Positions 1 through 12,753 are shown, counted from the stretch's first letter. The stretch is DNA of 64,000 nucleotides from Octopus sinensis (GCF_006345805.1 NC_043002.1:50592001-50656000); one strand, 5' to 3'. Notes: generated by a model not told the origin, from the letters alone. Program-made: numbers and translations.

Positions 1-44
1 TATAGACAAATACATACACGCCTATACAAATACAGGCATATTTA

Positions 45-248
45 TACATACAGGGAGGAAGGAAGAAAAAAGAGAAAACGTGAAGGAGAGAGATGGAGAG
101 AGAGAGAGGGAGGGAGGGAGGAAAGGAGGGAGGGAGAAGGAAGCAAGCGAAAGAAAAAGAAAAGTAAAAAGGCGAGGAGGAGAAAAAGAAGGTGAAGAAA
201 TAGGAAAAGGAAGCGGATGAGGAAAAGGAGGAGAAACAGAAGAATACA

Positions 249-347
<99 letters not shown>

Positions 348-352
348 CATTA

Positions 353-408
<56 letters not shown>

Positions 409-630
409 TGTAGTAGTAGTAGTAGTAGTAGAAGAAGAAGAAAGAGAAGAAGAGAAAGAAAAGTAAAGTAAGAAGATGAAGAACATGCAGAAGAAGGAGG
501 AGGGAAAGGAGAAGGAGAAGAGAAAAAAGGAGAAGAGGGGAAGAAGAAGTAGGGTTAGAGAAGATGAAGACGAATAAGAAGCAGAAGGAAAAGAACAATG
601 AGGAAGAAAAGAAGAAGTAGAAGAAGAAGA
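45..630. repeat. Low-complexity block: GA-rich tracts, (ATT)n about 253-408, (GTA)n, (GAA)n
   Basis: Simple repeats directly visible; the ORFs here are poly-I/N/T artefacts. Confidence 0.95.
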
Positions 631-885
631 AGCAACTGGTGTTGGAGATGACTATAATATGTGATGCTATGCGCTGGAGTGCGGCGTGAAGAATTGTGTG
701 TCGAATGGTTTAGAATGGTTTGGAACGATTTGGAGCGGTGTGTCGTGGATTAATCACGTCTATGATTTATTCCTTATTTCCGTAAAAACTACCAATCACT
801 GTCCTGATACATTTAAATAAACTGAAAAGTTGACAGGGAAAAGTTGATCCACTCATTATCCCACCCACAAAACGGGCACGGGCAC

Positions 886-1042
886 ACCCACACACACACA
901 CCCACACCCACACAGACATACACACACACATATATATGTATGTATACATATATGTATGTATATATATATATGCATACATATATGCATATATATATATTCA
1001 TACATATATGTATATATATATATATATATATTATATTATAAT

Positions 1043-1074
<32 letters not shown>

Positions 1075-1095
1075 CACACATACATACATACATAT

Positions 1096-1127
<32 letters not shown>

Positions 1128-1170
1128 GTGTGGTGTGTGTGTGTGTGTGTGTGTGTTGTGTGTGTGTGTG
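886..1170. repeat. Compound (CA)/(TA)/(TACA)/(TG) microsatellite
   Basis: Directly visible. Confidence 0.95.
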
Positions 1171-1854
1171 GGTATCCAAACTTTCGGATAGTCCTTCAGT
1201 TTAAAATGTTTCAATTTGTACGCACAAGTTCGCAGAAATGTGTTTAATATGTGAAATTGCTATATCCAATTGTGTTGCGCCGCTAGTCAAAGTGGGTCTT
1301 TAAGTGATGTGTTTGTGGATAGTTAATGGTTTGAATGTGGTGTTGAAGAAAGGGTGTATATGCATATACACCCATTTTCTATTTTCCTATTTTCGATCGC
1401 ATTGCTTACAAAAACGTATTCGTATACCAAACGTTGTAACTTTCAGTGCTGACTCTAATTTCTGTAGAAAATCTGTAGAGATAACTTTAAAAAGTGATTA
1501 TATAGCACTGCTAACACAGAGAGTACACATTATTGACTTATAATAAAGCATTTAATATACTTGGGAATATATGCTTGCATAACCAAAAATTCAGGGTCCT
1601 ACCAGCAATTAATATATACTAGATGGATCCGTGAAAAATTCACGGAAAATATAAAAAATGTAAGCATCTGTAAATTGTATGCTGGTGCCATGAGAAATCC
1701 CTTAGTGGATGACGATATGTGCGTCTCTGATCAGGACCAGACGTACTGGGGGAGTGTCTTGCCGTGTGTTGAGAGGAATTCTTTGGGGTCTGGATAATTC
1801 ACCTTTGGAAACAAGGGTGTTTTGTCCAACATCCTTAAACAGCCCTTGTTTAAC

Positions 1855-2797
1855 ATGGAAGTTTCCAAAGAGCATTTGTGGCACATAATGCTTTATGAGT
1901 ACAAAAAAAAAAAGAAACCCTGCAGCCGAAGCGACTCGAAACATACAGTCAGTTTATGGCAAAGAATGCTTGAATGAAAGAACTTGAAGAAGATGGTTTG
2001 CAAAATTCAGAAGTGGAGATTCCAGCCTTAAAGATGAAGATCGAACAGGACGTCCAGTTGAGTTTGATGGTAAGCTCCTTGAGGCATTACTTGAGGAAAA
2101 TCCTGCATTATCAGTTGAAGAATTGGCAATAAAGCTTAGTTCAAACCATACAACTGTTCGTCGTTATCTTCAACAACTTGGAAAGCTTCCCAAACTTGGA
2201 AAATGGGTGCCTCATGAATTGTCCGAGAGCAACCATAAATCCTGAGTTGACATCTGCTCTTTTCTCCATTCTCGTGAACTCACTTCACCCTTTTTGGACA
2301 AACTTGTAACTGGTGACGAAAAATGGATCTTCTAACGAAATGTTAAACGTCGTAAACTGGTTTGGTAAAAGGGAAGAAGCTCAACCACAACCGCGAAGGG
2401 AACTTCATGGGAAAAAGTTTCTTCTTTCTATCTGGTGGGATTGCAAAGAAGTAATTCACTTTGAATTGTTACCACCTAATGCAACAATCAATGCTCAATT
2501 CTACTGTCAGCAATTAGAACGTTTAAAGGAGCGACCTTACTCCTTCTGACTACCATTTGTCTTGCAGTTTACAGAATCATTTCGGGGACATGAAGCCAGG
2601 GAGAGGTCGATACTGACATTTTAGAGTCCTTCGCTTTGAAACCAAAAGAGTTTTACATTGATGGGATTAAAATGCTTATAAATAGAGGGAAGTCATAGAT
2701 AATCACGATAAGTACATTGATGGTTAAATTTCAATTAAATATAACATTCGATCACTACTTTATTCAAAATTCGGACAGAACTTATGAGATGACCTTT
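1855..2797 (+). pseudogene. Mariner (DD34D-type) transposase relic with internal deletion and right TIR
   Basis: ATG at 1855; manual translation gives MEVSKEHLWHIMLYEYKK..AAEATRNIQSVYG..WFAKFRSGD..GRP..WVPHEL..LVTGDEKW..KKFLLSIWWD..ELL..TINAQFYCQQL, then jumps to PYS/PSDYHLSCSLQNHF. In-frame stops and frameshifts; the HDNA(R)PH segment is missing. Mariner-like terminal CGGACAGAACTTATGAGATGACCT at about 2772-2795; no left TIR found. Confidence 0.9.
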
Positions 2798-2829
<32 letters not shown>

Positions 2830-3636
2830 CTAATGATGATGATGATGATGAGGATGATGATGATGATAATGATAATAAAAGAGCACAGTGAAGGGGCGAA
2901 TGCGTTTGAGGTTTGTTCGGCCTGGAGTTAGATTGCAGAAACAAAAAGAGCAGGAAAGATGATAAACTTCTCTATGCCTCACGAATATAATCATAAACGA
3001 ATAATTCAAAGGACAAGCATTCGGTGACACGAAAATTGTTAATTATAATTGCTATACACAGAAAACGTGTAACGTGTATTTGATGAGGTCAGGTGAAATA
3101 CTATCAAAGATATCGAAGAAATAACACAATATGAAACCGCTAATACTGTTTTCGCAAGAATTCCTAAAATGGACAGACACGCCAGGTGTTCGATCACGTC
3201 ACAATATCAAATTTGTAATAACAATATCAACAACAACAACAACATCAACAAATAACCGCCCCATCAGCTGTAATATTAAATAAAGACAATTAATGACCAT
3301 TAACTAATATAATTACAGTCTACTTAGATAAATTAAAACATTTACGTAATTATATTAACTAATACGGAGACACGTCTGCGAATATTAAAAATATTTATGA
3401 ACGGTATAAGGGGTATATTGAACTCCAAGACTGCCTTGGGAGAGAAACTGATTCTCGGTGTGACTGCCAAACCCAAAAAGCACCTGCAAGCTACTACTAA
3501 TGTCAAAAGTGCTTCCAGCTGAAATGGTAAATATCTTTAATGATGCTAATTGACCGATGTAGTCAGTCAACATTTACGGTAACATTTGTGGTTTGGATTC
3601 CGGTCAGACATGATCGAATAGGCCTATGGTCAAGGA

Positions 3637-3855
3637 CAGTGGTTTTCAACCAGGGTTCCGCGGAACCTTAGGGTTCCGCCATTACAGTCCGGGGGTTCCG
3701 CAAGAAGTTACAAAAATGCTAAAATCGACAGTAATTTTTAATTCTCCTGTGCAGGTATATGTGCATAAGACAATTAAATTATTGCACAGGGGTTCCTCGA
3801 GCCAGTGAAATGTTTTCTTGGGGTTCCGCTCCAGCAAAAAGGTTGAAAAGCACTG
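3637..3855. mobile_element. hAT-type MITE, 219 bp
   Basis: TIRs CAGTGGTTTTCAACC / GGTTGAAAAGCACTG (14/15 match); perfect 8-bp TSD GTCAAGGA (3629-3636 and 3856-3863); internal GGTTCCGC subterminal motifs. Confidence 0.92.
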
Positions 3856-3964
3856 GTCAAGGATATTACAACTGTTATCATCCTGTTTTTCTGTCATACA
3901 TAGTTTATCTGTCATACATAGTTTAACCAGTGTATCCTTTCATTTCTTTTCTAAATTTAAAACG

Positions 3965-4331
3965 GCAGTATTTGACTTCAGAGATATTTGGCTGCTATTT
4001 CTAACAGGATGAGCGACTGTGTATGTCGAGGCTCCACTATTATTCCTTAGGATGTATGTAGAATAATTATGCAAGTAAGGTGTGTATGCTTAAGAAAATT
4101 CTTTCCACCCATGTATTTTCCATCATGCATAGCGTACCTATGACTGTACTTTCGTTTAAAAAAAAATTTAAGCTGCAGTATTTGATTTCAGAGATATTTG
4201 GCTGCTATTTCTAACAGGTGAAGTGACCATGTGTGTCGAGGCCCCACTATTGTTCTTTAGCATGTGTGAAGAATAATTGTGCAAATAAGGCTGTGAGTTT
4301 AAGAAAATTCTTTTGTAACGTATGCATTTTC
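3965..4331 (+). repeat. Diverged two-copy tandem duplication (period about 210 bp) of a repeat fragment containing GATATTTGGCTGCTATTTCTA
   Basis: 3965-4120 and 4175-4331 align by eye at roughly 80%. Confidence 0.8.
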
Positions 4332-4397
4332 GGGTGACTTACACTTTACTGCACCTTACTAGTATTAAAACACCAAGCTTACCAATGCATTTTGAGT

Positions 4398-4556
4398 AGA
4401 TGTGGCTGTGTGGCAAGAAGCTTTACTTCCTAACTACATGGTTCCGGGTTCAGTCCCACTGCGTGGCATCTTGGGCAAGTGTCTTCTACTATAGCTTCGG
4501 ACCGACTAAAGCCTTGTGAGTGGATATGGTACACGGAAACTGAAAGATGCTCGTCG

Positions 4557-4598
<42 letters not shown>

Positions 4599-4890
4599 TG
4601 TGTGTGCTTGTGTGTGTGCGTGTGTGTATGTGTGTGTGCTTGTGTGTTTATGTGTGTGGGTGTGCGCATATATTTCTGTGTCTGTGTCCCCTACCACTAT
4701 TGCTTGACAACCGATGTTGGCGTGTTTACGTCCCCGTAACCAAACAGTTCGGCAAAAGAAACCGATAGGATCAGTACTAGGCTTAGAAAAATAAGTTCTG
4801 AGGTCGATTTCTTCGACTAAAAAAGCCTTTAACGAGGTGCTCCAGCATGGCCGCAGTCAAATGACTTAAATGAGCAAAAGAATAGCAGAA
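4398..4890 (+). mobile_element. SINE family A, full length (tRNA-like head, CORE-like CTTGGGCAAGTG box, internal (TA)(TG)n, CR1-type 3' tail)
   Basis: Head TGGCTGTGTGG...GGTTCAGTCCC (A/B-box-like); tail GGTGCTCCAGCATGGCCGCAGTCAAATGAC; about 20 related copies or fragments in the window. Confidence 0.9.
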
Positions 4891-5191
4891 TGGTAGATGG
4901 GAATTGCGCGGAAGCTCGATGTATATGAGTGCGTATGTGTCTTTGAGCATATGTTTGTCTCTTACCACTTGACAACCGGTGTTGGTTAGGTTATGTCGCA
5001 GTAACTTAGGACATAACCTAAAATGTTGGTATGTCTCAGTAACTTGGGACATACCAAAATACCAAAATATAACAAAACCAAAATAAATGAAGGTGGTGGA
5101 TGGTAGAGACACACATAACATGTAACAACATACGGGTACTAATTTTAGCGTTGTTCACTTGCACCAAGAATTGTAATAACAATAGCTACAA

Positions 5192-5229
<38 letters not shown>

Positions 5230-5297
5230 ACTTTAATGCTAGTAGCGAAGACTAATGACTTAAGGAGAAGAATACCAAATAAATAAATAGATAAATA

Positions 5298-5355
<58 letters not shown>

Positions 5356-6241
5356 TATTTCTGACTCTGTTTCTGATGAAGATCTCAGAAGACTACAAAC
5401 TCGCTATGTTCATCCTACGTTTTATGGCCGGGAAGATATATAAACATCTGATATAACTACTTTGTACATGTATCACAACAAAAGTACATGGTTGTTAAAA
5501 CTGATGTATATCAAATATCTAATTATCTCCAGTAGCTCTATTGTGCATTAATTATTAATTAATCCATGTTGTCAGTGCTAAGCATTACTAAGCAAATTAG
5601 GTAGACGAATTCAGTGCAAGCTACGAAACTCTGTGGATTGTAGCCACGCATACCTTCCTGATAAAGGTTTTAGAAAAGATGTTAAGGTCATCTTCTATAA
5701 AGATGAACTTAACACATGATTTAAGTGCACTGCTAACACAGTAGTACACGGTATTGACTTATAAAACGTTTAATATACATTATGGCTGCATAACGAAATG
5801 CCATAGGCCTACAAGTCAGGTTTACAAGTAAGGTTTAAGAAAACTAAATTTCGTCAGATAGATCCAAATTGTTGTGCGATACGGAGAAAAAACTTGTTTT
5901 ATACGGAGTTTTTTTACTACTCACAGCGTGGCCGACATTGTATTGTCAGAATTCCGAATATTGCGTTAATAACCTCGAATGGTCTTCTCATATAGGCACA
6001 TGGGGTATAAAAACACATACATAAAGCGTAGTAGATGGTGCTCCCATAATAGATTGTTTTCGTTTGCTACGATTTATGTAAGTGCTTTTATGCACCCTGC
6101 GCATATATAAAAAAGATTTCTCAAGGCTAATAACGCAGTATTCAGCGTCGTAACAAGATATCCACATTAAGGTGGATATAAAGATTACCTTTTATTACTA
6201 AGACAGCTTCGCCAAGAATATATATATTATATCTATATATC

Positions 6242-6284
<43 letters not shown>

Positions 6285-7019
6285 TGATAAATAAAAATAT
6301 ATGCATACATACAAACATATATGTACGTACCTACATCTACATGTATATATACATGCATATCACCTTATTGTCTGACAGCGCCCCGCATCATGTTCGTTCC
6401 GATTCGTCGTTTCGGTCCACTTCTTGGTTCCTTTTTTTATATTATATATATATATATATATGGGGGGGGGGTATGCAAATACGCACACACACACACAATA
6501 ATAATTATGTATATATATATAGACACAAGATACATCTTCATAGCCGTTCATGTAGAATTTCCGGTGTATGAGCACGTATATTTGTACGCACGCACGTATG
6601 TATGTATGTATGTATGTATGTATGTGTGTGTGTGTGTGTGTGTGTATGTGTTTGTGTGCAAGAAAGTCGTTCTTATTAATTTCGTTGCTAATTACATCCT
6701 TCTTTTGTTTCCATTTTGTTTTTCTCTCTTCGTAAACTGCTGATGTCGAAATTAATGTCTAATCTTGAAGTTTGAGACAATATTACAAGAAATTTTAATA
6801 AACAGAAGATCGCAAGCCAATAGGCAATATCACCGCTGCCATCGCCACCACCGCCACCACCACCATTTTGCCCCTTACTACTAATTACCAAAATATAACA
6901 AAACCATAATATATGAAGGTGGTAGATGGTAGAGACACACGTAACACGTTACAACATACGGGTACTAATTTTAGCGTTGTTCACGTGCAACAAGAATTTT
7001 AATAACAACAGCTGTCACT

Positions 7020-7084
7020 ACTACTACTACTGCTGGTGCTGCTGCTGCTACTACTAGTGCTAGTACTACTGCTACTACTACTAT

Positions 7085-7129
<45 letters not shown>

Positions 7130-7265
7130 AACCACCACAACCCCACCACCATATCCACGACCACGACGACGGCCACCACTACGACCACCGCCACAGCTAC
7201 TGCTACTACTACAACCACATCCATCCCACTACTACCTACTACTGCTACTACCACCACTACTACCA
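7020..7265. repeat. Compound trinucleotide mosaic (CTA/GCT/CCA/CGA)
   Basis: Directly visible. Confidence 0.9.
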
Positions 7266-7286
7266 TATCAATGCATGTATGTATGA

Positions 7287-7660
7287 ATGTGGCTGTGTGG
7301 TAAGAACCTTGCTTTCCAACCACATGGTTCCAGGTTCGGTCCCACTGTGTGGCCCCTTGGGCGAGTGTCTTCTACTATAACGCCGAGTCGACTAAATTCT
7401 TGTGAATGGATTTGATAGGCGGAAACTGAAAGAAGCTCATCGCATATTTGTATATCTGTGTGTATATGTTTGTGTGTCTGTTTGTCTTCCTACCATCGCT
7501 TGACAACCGATGTTGGTGTATTTACATCTTAGCGGTTCGTCAAAATAGACCCGATAGCATAAGTACTAGGCTTACAAAAATAAGTCCTGGAGTCGATTAT
7601 CTCGACTAAAGGCAGTGCTCTAGCATGGTCACAGTCAAATGACTAGGACAAAAGAATAAA
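7287..7660 (+). mobile_element. SINE family A, full length
   Basis: Same head, core and tail as 4398-4890. Confidence 0.9.
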
Positions 7661-7887
7661 ACGATAAAAGAATATACATACATGCGTATATATGTAATCC
7701 TCAGATAAGATCATCCGTATAGGCGACACTTACTAGTGCTCGAAAGATTCAAACATAGACTTCGATTTCTTTACAGAGGATCGATTTCACAAGGTAAAGA
7801 AAGGCTTTAAAAGGCATCCATTTGACCGGGTATGGAGGCAGTTATGCAGATAAACAAATTTGATACGTCAAATATTAAATATATCAA

Positions 7888-8265
7888 GTGGAGGCGCAAT
7901 GGCCCAGTGGTTAGGGCAGCGGACTCGGGGTCGTAGGATCGCGGTTTCGATTCCCAGACCGAGCGTTGTGAATGTTTATTGAGCGAAAACACCTAAAAAA
8001 ATCTCCACGAGGCTCCGGCAGGGGGTGGTGGTGATCCCTGCTGTACTTTTTCACCACAACTTTCTCTCACTCTTTCTTCCTGTTTCTGTTGTACCTGTAT
8101 TTCAAAGGGCCACTCTCTGTGTCACGCTGAATATCCCCGAGAACTACGTTAAGGGTACACGTGTCTGTGGAGTGCTCAGCCACTTACACGTTAATTTCAC
8201 GACCAGGCTGTTCCGTTGATCGGATCAACCGGAACCCTCGTCGTCGGAACCGACGGAGTGCTTCC
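7888..8265 (+). mobile_element. tRNA-derived SINE family B (tail type 1)
   Basis: A box TGGCCCAGTGG, B box GGTTTCGATTCC; 11-bp TSD AAATATATCAA (7877-7887 and 8266-8276). Confidence 0.9.
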
Positions 8266-8393
8266 AAATATATCAAACATATTAAATATATTATTTTTGG
8301 TACGTAATACAAAATATGTATACATATATACATGCAAAACGGGAGAAAGCGAAGGTGGAGACATTCAAATGAATTTTAAAGTATAAATATATA

Positions 8394-9274
8394 CAGGGTG
8401 GGTGAAAAGTAAATAGGCATTAAAAATTTGTAATAAAATCCATATTCTTTTTACAAATTTATTGAAACAGATTATACACGTTCTTTATTTCATGAGGAAA
8501 TGAAAGTAAATATTCATACTTCAACGTAAGCACCGGTGGCGGTAACCAGTTTCCTCAAATGGCCAGGGATGGAGTGAACAACTTTCTGAAAGTCGTTGTT
8601 TAGGATTTCATTGAGAACCTCCTGAATCCGTGTCTCCAAGTCCTCTAGTGTGCGAGGTTTTGTCTTGTAGACCCCCTCTTTTGTGTAATCCCACAGGTAA
8701 AAATCATATGGAATGAGAACTGGACTTCTTGGGGTTCTGGACTTCTGCCGTCACAGTCTTCAGGTTTTAGTTCCTGCACGTTATGTGGTTCCCACGGACG
8801 AAAATTCAGTTCTTTAGGCAACACCATACATATTGTGTGTCTTGTTAGTTTACTTTCACAAGCTGCTTGGCGTGTTGATTTTTGCGGATTGCGATTAAAC
8901 ATTTCCTGCACTGTTGCCACGTTCTCCGCTGATCGGGATGTGGTTGGACGGCCACTTCTTGCATCGTTCACAGAGCCCGTGATCATCAGCCTTGCATGAC
9001 AACTTTTTATTGTCTCCGGACGTAGTGTTGCATGCTTACCTTTCCATGCACGCTATCATCTCTGGACCAAAACAATGGAATTCCACACTTCACATAGCGT
9101 GCTGCTATCTTAACGCGACCCTGAACGGCCACCTGGAAAATAAGAAATAAGAAATAAAGAAAATAGAAAATTCTATTAGTATTGTCTGTTTAAAAAGTGT
9201 TTTCGTCGTGACTTCAGTGATACTAAAAATTCTATGGGCAATTTGTAATACCTGAATACTTTCCACCCACCCTG
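8394..9274 (-). mobile_element. Tc1/mariner-superfamily (DD37D/maT-like) internally deleted element with both TIRs
   Basis: TIRs CAGGGTGGGTGAAAAGTA / TACTTTCCACCCACCCTG with TA TSD (8392-8393, 9275-9276). Minus strand: GSVNDARSGRPTTSRSAEN..NPQKSTRQAA..ELKPEDCD, then RSPVLIPYDFYLWDY..VYKTKPRTLEDL; most of the catalytic core is deleted. Confidence 0.88.
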
Positions 9275-9419
9275 TAGATATTTATATTAATAGGTCCAAC
9301 TTACACAGAGTAAAACACAATAGAGAAAGATAGTAGCGAGCTCTTCACCGCATTCGGGTAATAAACTCATTTGTTTTCTGTAGTAAGAGTTCTATGTTTC
9401 CAGATTCTTCTTCATCACC

Positions 9420-9558
9420 ATCTTCTTCTTCTTCTTCTTCTTCTTCTTCTTCTTCTTCTTCTTCTTCTTCTTCTTCTTCTTCTTCTTCTTTTCTTCTTCT
9501 TCTTCTTCTTCTTCTTCTTCTTCTTCTTCTTCTTCTTCTTCTTCTTCTTCTTCTTCTC
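9420..9558. repeat. (TCT)n microsatellite
   Basis: Directly visible. Confidence 0.97.
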
Positions 9559-9689
9559 CATTCTCAATACGAACTTTCATTCAAAGGTCAAGGTATGTTA
9601 TACAGTGTCGTGCTGCAGAATTCGACCTCAGAATCACATTAAGTATACGCGAACCTGTCATACACCGCAATAATAACAATGAGAATTAC

Positions 9690-10915
9690 AACAATGATAA
9701 CCACAACAACAACAATATTAATGGCAAGAGTAACAACAATAAAAAGAAAAAAATGCAGCATCCATAGTAACCACAGTAACTACTGTATCAAAACCATCAC
9801 CACCACTACTACTAACAAGAACAATATCACCATAATCATTACCACCACCACCGCCACCACCTCTACCACCACCATCAACAGCAACACCACCGATAGCAAC
9901 ACAAAGATCACTAAGAGCACTACAATAACTAATATCACAACCGATACGGCCACCAACACTACCACCAACGCCACCTCCAACAACAATACCGCAAACCACA
10001 TCACTACCCCACCACTACCACCACCATCACCACCACTAAAACCGTCATTAACACGAGGTTCCGGCGTGGAGGGGTGGTGAACCCCGCTGTACTCTTTCAC
10101 CACAACTTTCGCTCACTCTTTCTTCCTACTTCTGCTGCAAAGCAGAGGAACCATAGTGTAACCCACTATGGTGTGGTAAACTTTCAGACCCTAGTCTTGA
10201 TTGCGAATCCTCTGTACCCCAGGATGCTTCAGCTCTCCACCCGTTAAAAAAGCCACCGTTTACGGAATGAGGACAACAACGTAACTTTCGCACCAGTGCA
10301 ACCGCCAGTCTATCGCGTGTGGTGGGTGGACCTTCAAGTTGCCACACGCATTCTTAGTAGCTTAGAGTAGGCTCGAATTAGAGATTATTCTTTGTGGCTG
10401 ATGGCGTGAGTCCTGATTGAAAGAAGAAGAAGAAGAAGAGAAGAAGAAGAAGAAGAAGAAGAAGAAAAAGAAGGAGAAGAAGAAAAAGAAGAAGAAGAAG
10501 ACAACTGCATGAGGGTCTATAAGAGCACAGGAATATCAACAATAGCAATAGCTTCAAGGAAACATTAATAAGATCAACATTAAGACGAGCATATTCATTA
10601 TGAAAACGAGCAACAAGAACAATAAGTAGACAACCATCACCACACCACCACCACACCACCACCCCAACAACAGCAACAACAAAAACAACGACGACGACGA
10701 CAACCATGGCAACGACGGCGACAACAAAAAGTGCAAGTTTCAGAGCAATGAAGGCAAGGCTAACAAACGATTGTTTAAGAAAACAACAACAACAACGACA
10801 ACAACAACATCAACAGTAACAATTGCCGTAGCAACAGCAGTAACTACAACAACAATGGCAAATAAGGAAACGGAAACAACCACTACAACTACAACAAAAA
10901 TTACGACAGCAATGG
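9690..10915. repeat. Compound trinucleotide mosaics (ACA/ACC/GAA/CGA) flanking a SINE B fragment
   Basis: Directly visible. Confidence 0.85.
10052..10355 (+). mobile_element. 5'-truncated SINE family B core with a third tail type
   Basis: CACGAGGTTCCGGC..GCTGTACTCTTTCACCACAACTTTCGCTCACTCTTTCTTCCT matches the 7888 copy, then diverges completely. Confidence 0.75.
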
Positions 10916-11095
10916 CGGCTATATCAGTCGCAATTCTAAGAATATTTATAGAATTTGAATTTCATAATATAGAAAGCAATTACTGTAATATAGAACTAAT
11001 GAAAACGACGAGCGTGCTGATGTGATATGGAATATATTATCTCTGTCGTCTGTATGTGTGTGTGTGTGCGTGTATATATATATATATATATATAT

Positions 11096-11138
<43 letters not shown>

Positions 11139-11394
11139 GTAAATGGATATATGTATATATAATTAAATTATTAACTGATATTTGGGTATGTTGAGGTTTA
11201 TACCTATAATTAAATGTGTCTCTTCTCCATGCACACGCCCACACACCTACGGACACACGTATATATATTCGCTTATATGTATTCATAAATACATATACAT
11301 ACATGCATATATATATGTGTGTGCGTGTGTGTGTGTGTGCGTGTCAGTGTATGTGTGTGTGTGAGTGTATGTGTGTGTTTGTGCGTGCGTGTGT

Positions 11395-11585
11395 GTGTCT
11401 TTGTGCCTGTGCTTAGTCCCCCATCACCGCCTGGCAACCATCAAGAGTGTCCAACAGAATAAGTACTAGGCTTTACAAAATTGATTTCTAGGGTCGATTT
11501 GTTCGACTAAAACCCTTCAAAGGGTGCTCCAGCATAACGGTAGTCAAAAGATTGAAACGAGTATAAGAAAAGTAAAAGAATATAA
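11395..11585 (+). mobile_element. SINE family A 3' half
   Basis: GGTGCTCCAGCAT..AGTCAAA tail. Confidence 0.8.
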
Positions 11586-11692
11586 CTATACATATATTAT
11601 ATATAGTAGTAGTTCTAAATACGTTTATAGCTATACATACACCACACACACACACATATATATATGCACACACACTTATATGTGCACATATG

Positions 11693-11741
<49 letters not shown>

Positions 11742-11752
11742 TATAAATTAAA

Positions 11753-11999
11753 AAAACATAACAAGAACGTAACGGACGACAACGAGAACATATGGACAGA
11801 TTAACGATACATAGACGGTCAGGAGAACCAGGACGGAACATTCGTGGCTTTCTATTCATCAGTCAAGCTTCCAATTATCACTACAGTTTTGGAAGCTTAA
11901 CTGATGAATAGAAAGACACGAATTTTTCTTCCTGGTTTTTCTTCGTATCGTCCACCTGTCAGTATATTTTCATTGTCGTCCGTTACGTTCTTATGTTTT
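11753..11999. repeat. Diverged foldback (arms about 120 bp, loop 11875-11888)
   Basis: AAAACATAACAAGAACGTAACGGACGACAA.. mirrored by ..TTGTCGTCCGTTACGTTCTTATGTTTT; inner arms CATCAGTCAAGCTTCCAA / TTGGAAGCTTAACTGATG. Confidence 0.85.
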
Positions 12000-12096
12000 G
12001 GAGATTTATAGATACTTAGAGCGGCGTACGTACACCTTTTGCTCAGCTTGTTATTAAGTATATATATATATATATATATAAGCGTACATATATATA

Positions 12097-12753
12097 CAGG
12101 GGTGGGACAAAATAATGGAAACACCTAGTCTCATACCATATCTATGAAACCGTCAAAAACTTGTTTATTGTTATGATTTTTGATTTATTATTAGTGTTGC
12201 TTAATATGTTTTGCTAAAATTGCTGTTTCTTTTTAGTTATAATCAGAAAAAGGCAATTAAAATTCATTAAATGAGAGATCTATCAGACTTTCAAAGAGGT
12301 AAATTGTTGGTACCCGTATAGAAGGCGTTAGCGTAATGAAAACAGCCGAAATGTTTGGTGTATCAAGAAGTACTGTCTCAAAAGTAATGACAGCCTTTGA
12401 GAAAGAGGAGAAAACCTCCTCGTCGAAACAAAACTCTGGAAGAAAACCAAAACTTTCAGATAGGGGCCGACGGACTCTTACGTGAATTGTTAGAAAGAAT
12501 CACAAAAGTACAGCTCCAAAAATTACTGCAGAGCTTAATGACCACCTCGAGAACTCAGTTTCCACAAAAACTGTTCGCCGGGAGCTGCACAAAGCCAGAT
12601 TTCATGGAAGGGCTGCGATCAGAAAACCACTACTTCCCAAAACAAACGTTGCAAAGTATTTAGAGTGGAGGAAAAAACCTACAGAATTGGTCCCTAGAGC
12701 AGTGGAAGAATGTTATTTTCTCGGACGAGTCATCCATTACTTTATTTCCGACC
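12097..12753 (+). pseudogene. Tc1-family transposase relic (5' half with left TIR), 3' end lost next to a SINE
   Basis: TA|CAGGGGTGGGACAAAATAATGGAAACAC left end; ATG at 12271; MRDLSDFQRG..IVG..VSRSTVSKV..SGRKPKLSDR..VSTKTVRRELHK..RKPLL..WSLEQWKNVIFSDES, with a stop and frameshifts. Confidence 0.92.

Noticed and set aside
5366-5400. GTTTCTGATGAAGATCTCAG, similar to the start of the family E hammerhead
   Set aside because: No GAAA, stem II partner or stem III follows; chance or too decayed to call
7705-7799. Strong-looking donor CAAG|GTAAAG with upstream AG acceptors
   Set aside because: The 89-nt exon has stops in all frames; the 17-nt alternative cannot be supported without transcripts
7888-7960. 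tRNA-like heads of SINE families A-D as tRNA genes
   Set aside because: A/B boxes only; they continue into SINE bodies with no full cloverleaf or Pol III terminator
9405-9591. Apparent AG/GT-bounded poly-Ser exon around (TCT)n
   Set aside because: Content is almost all microsatellite, with a frameshift inside the tract and no homology evidence
11893-11925. CTGATGA inside the 11.8-kb palindrome as a hammerhead
   Set aside because: No correctly placed stem II, GAAA or stem III
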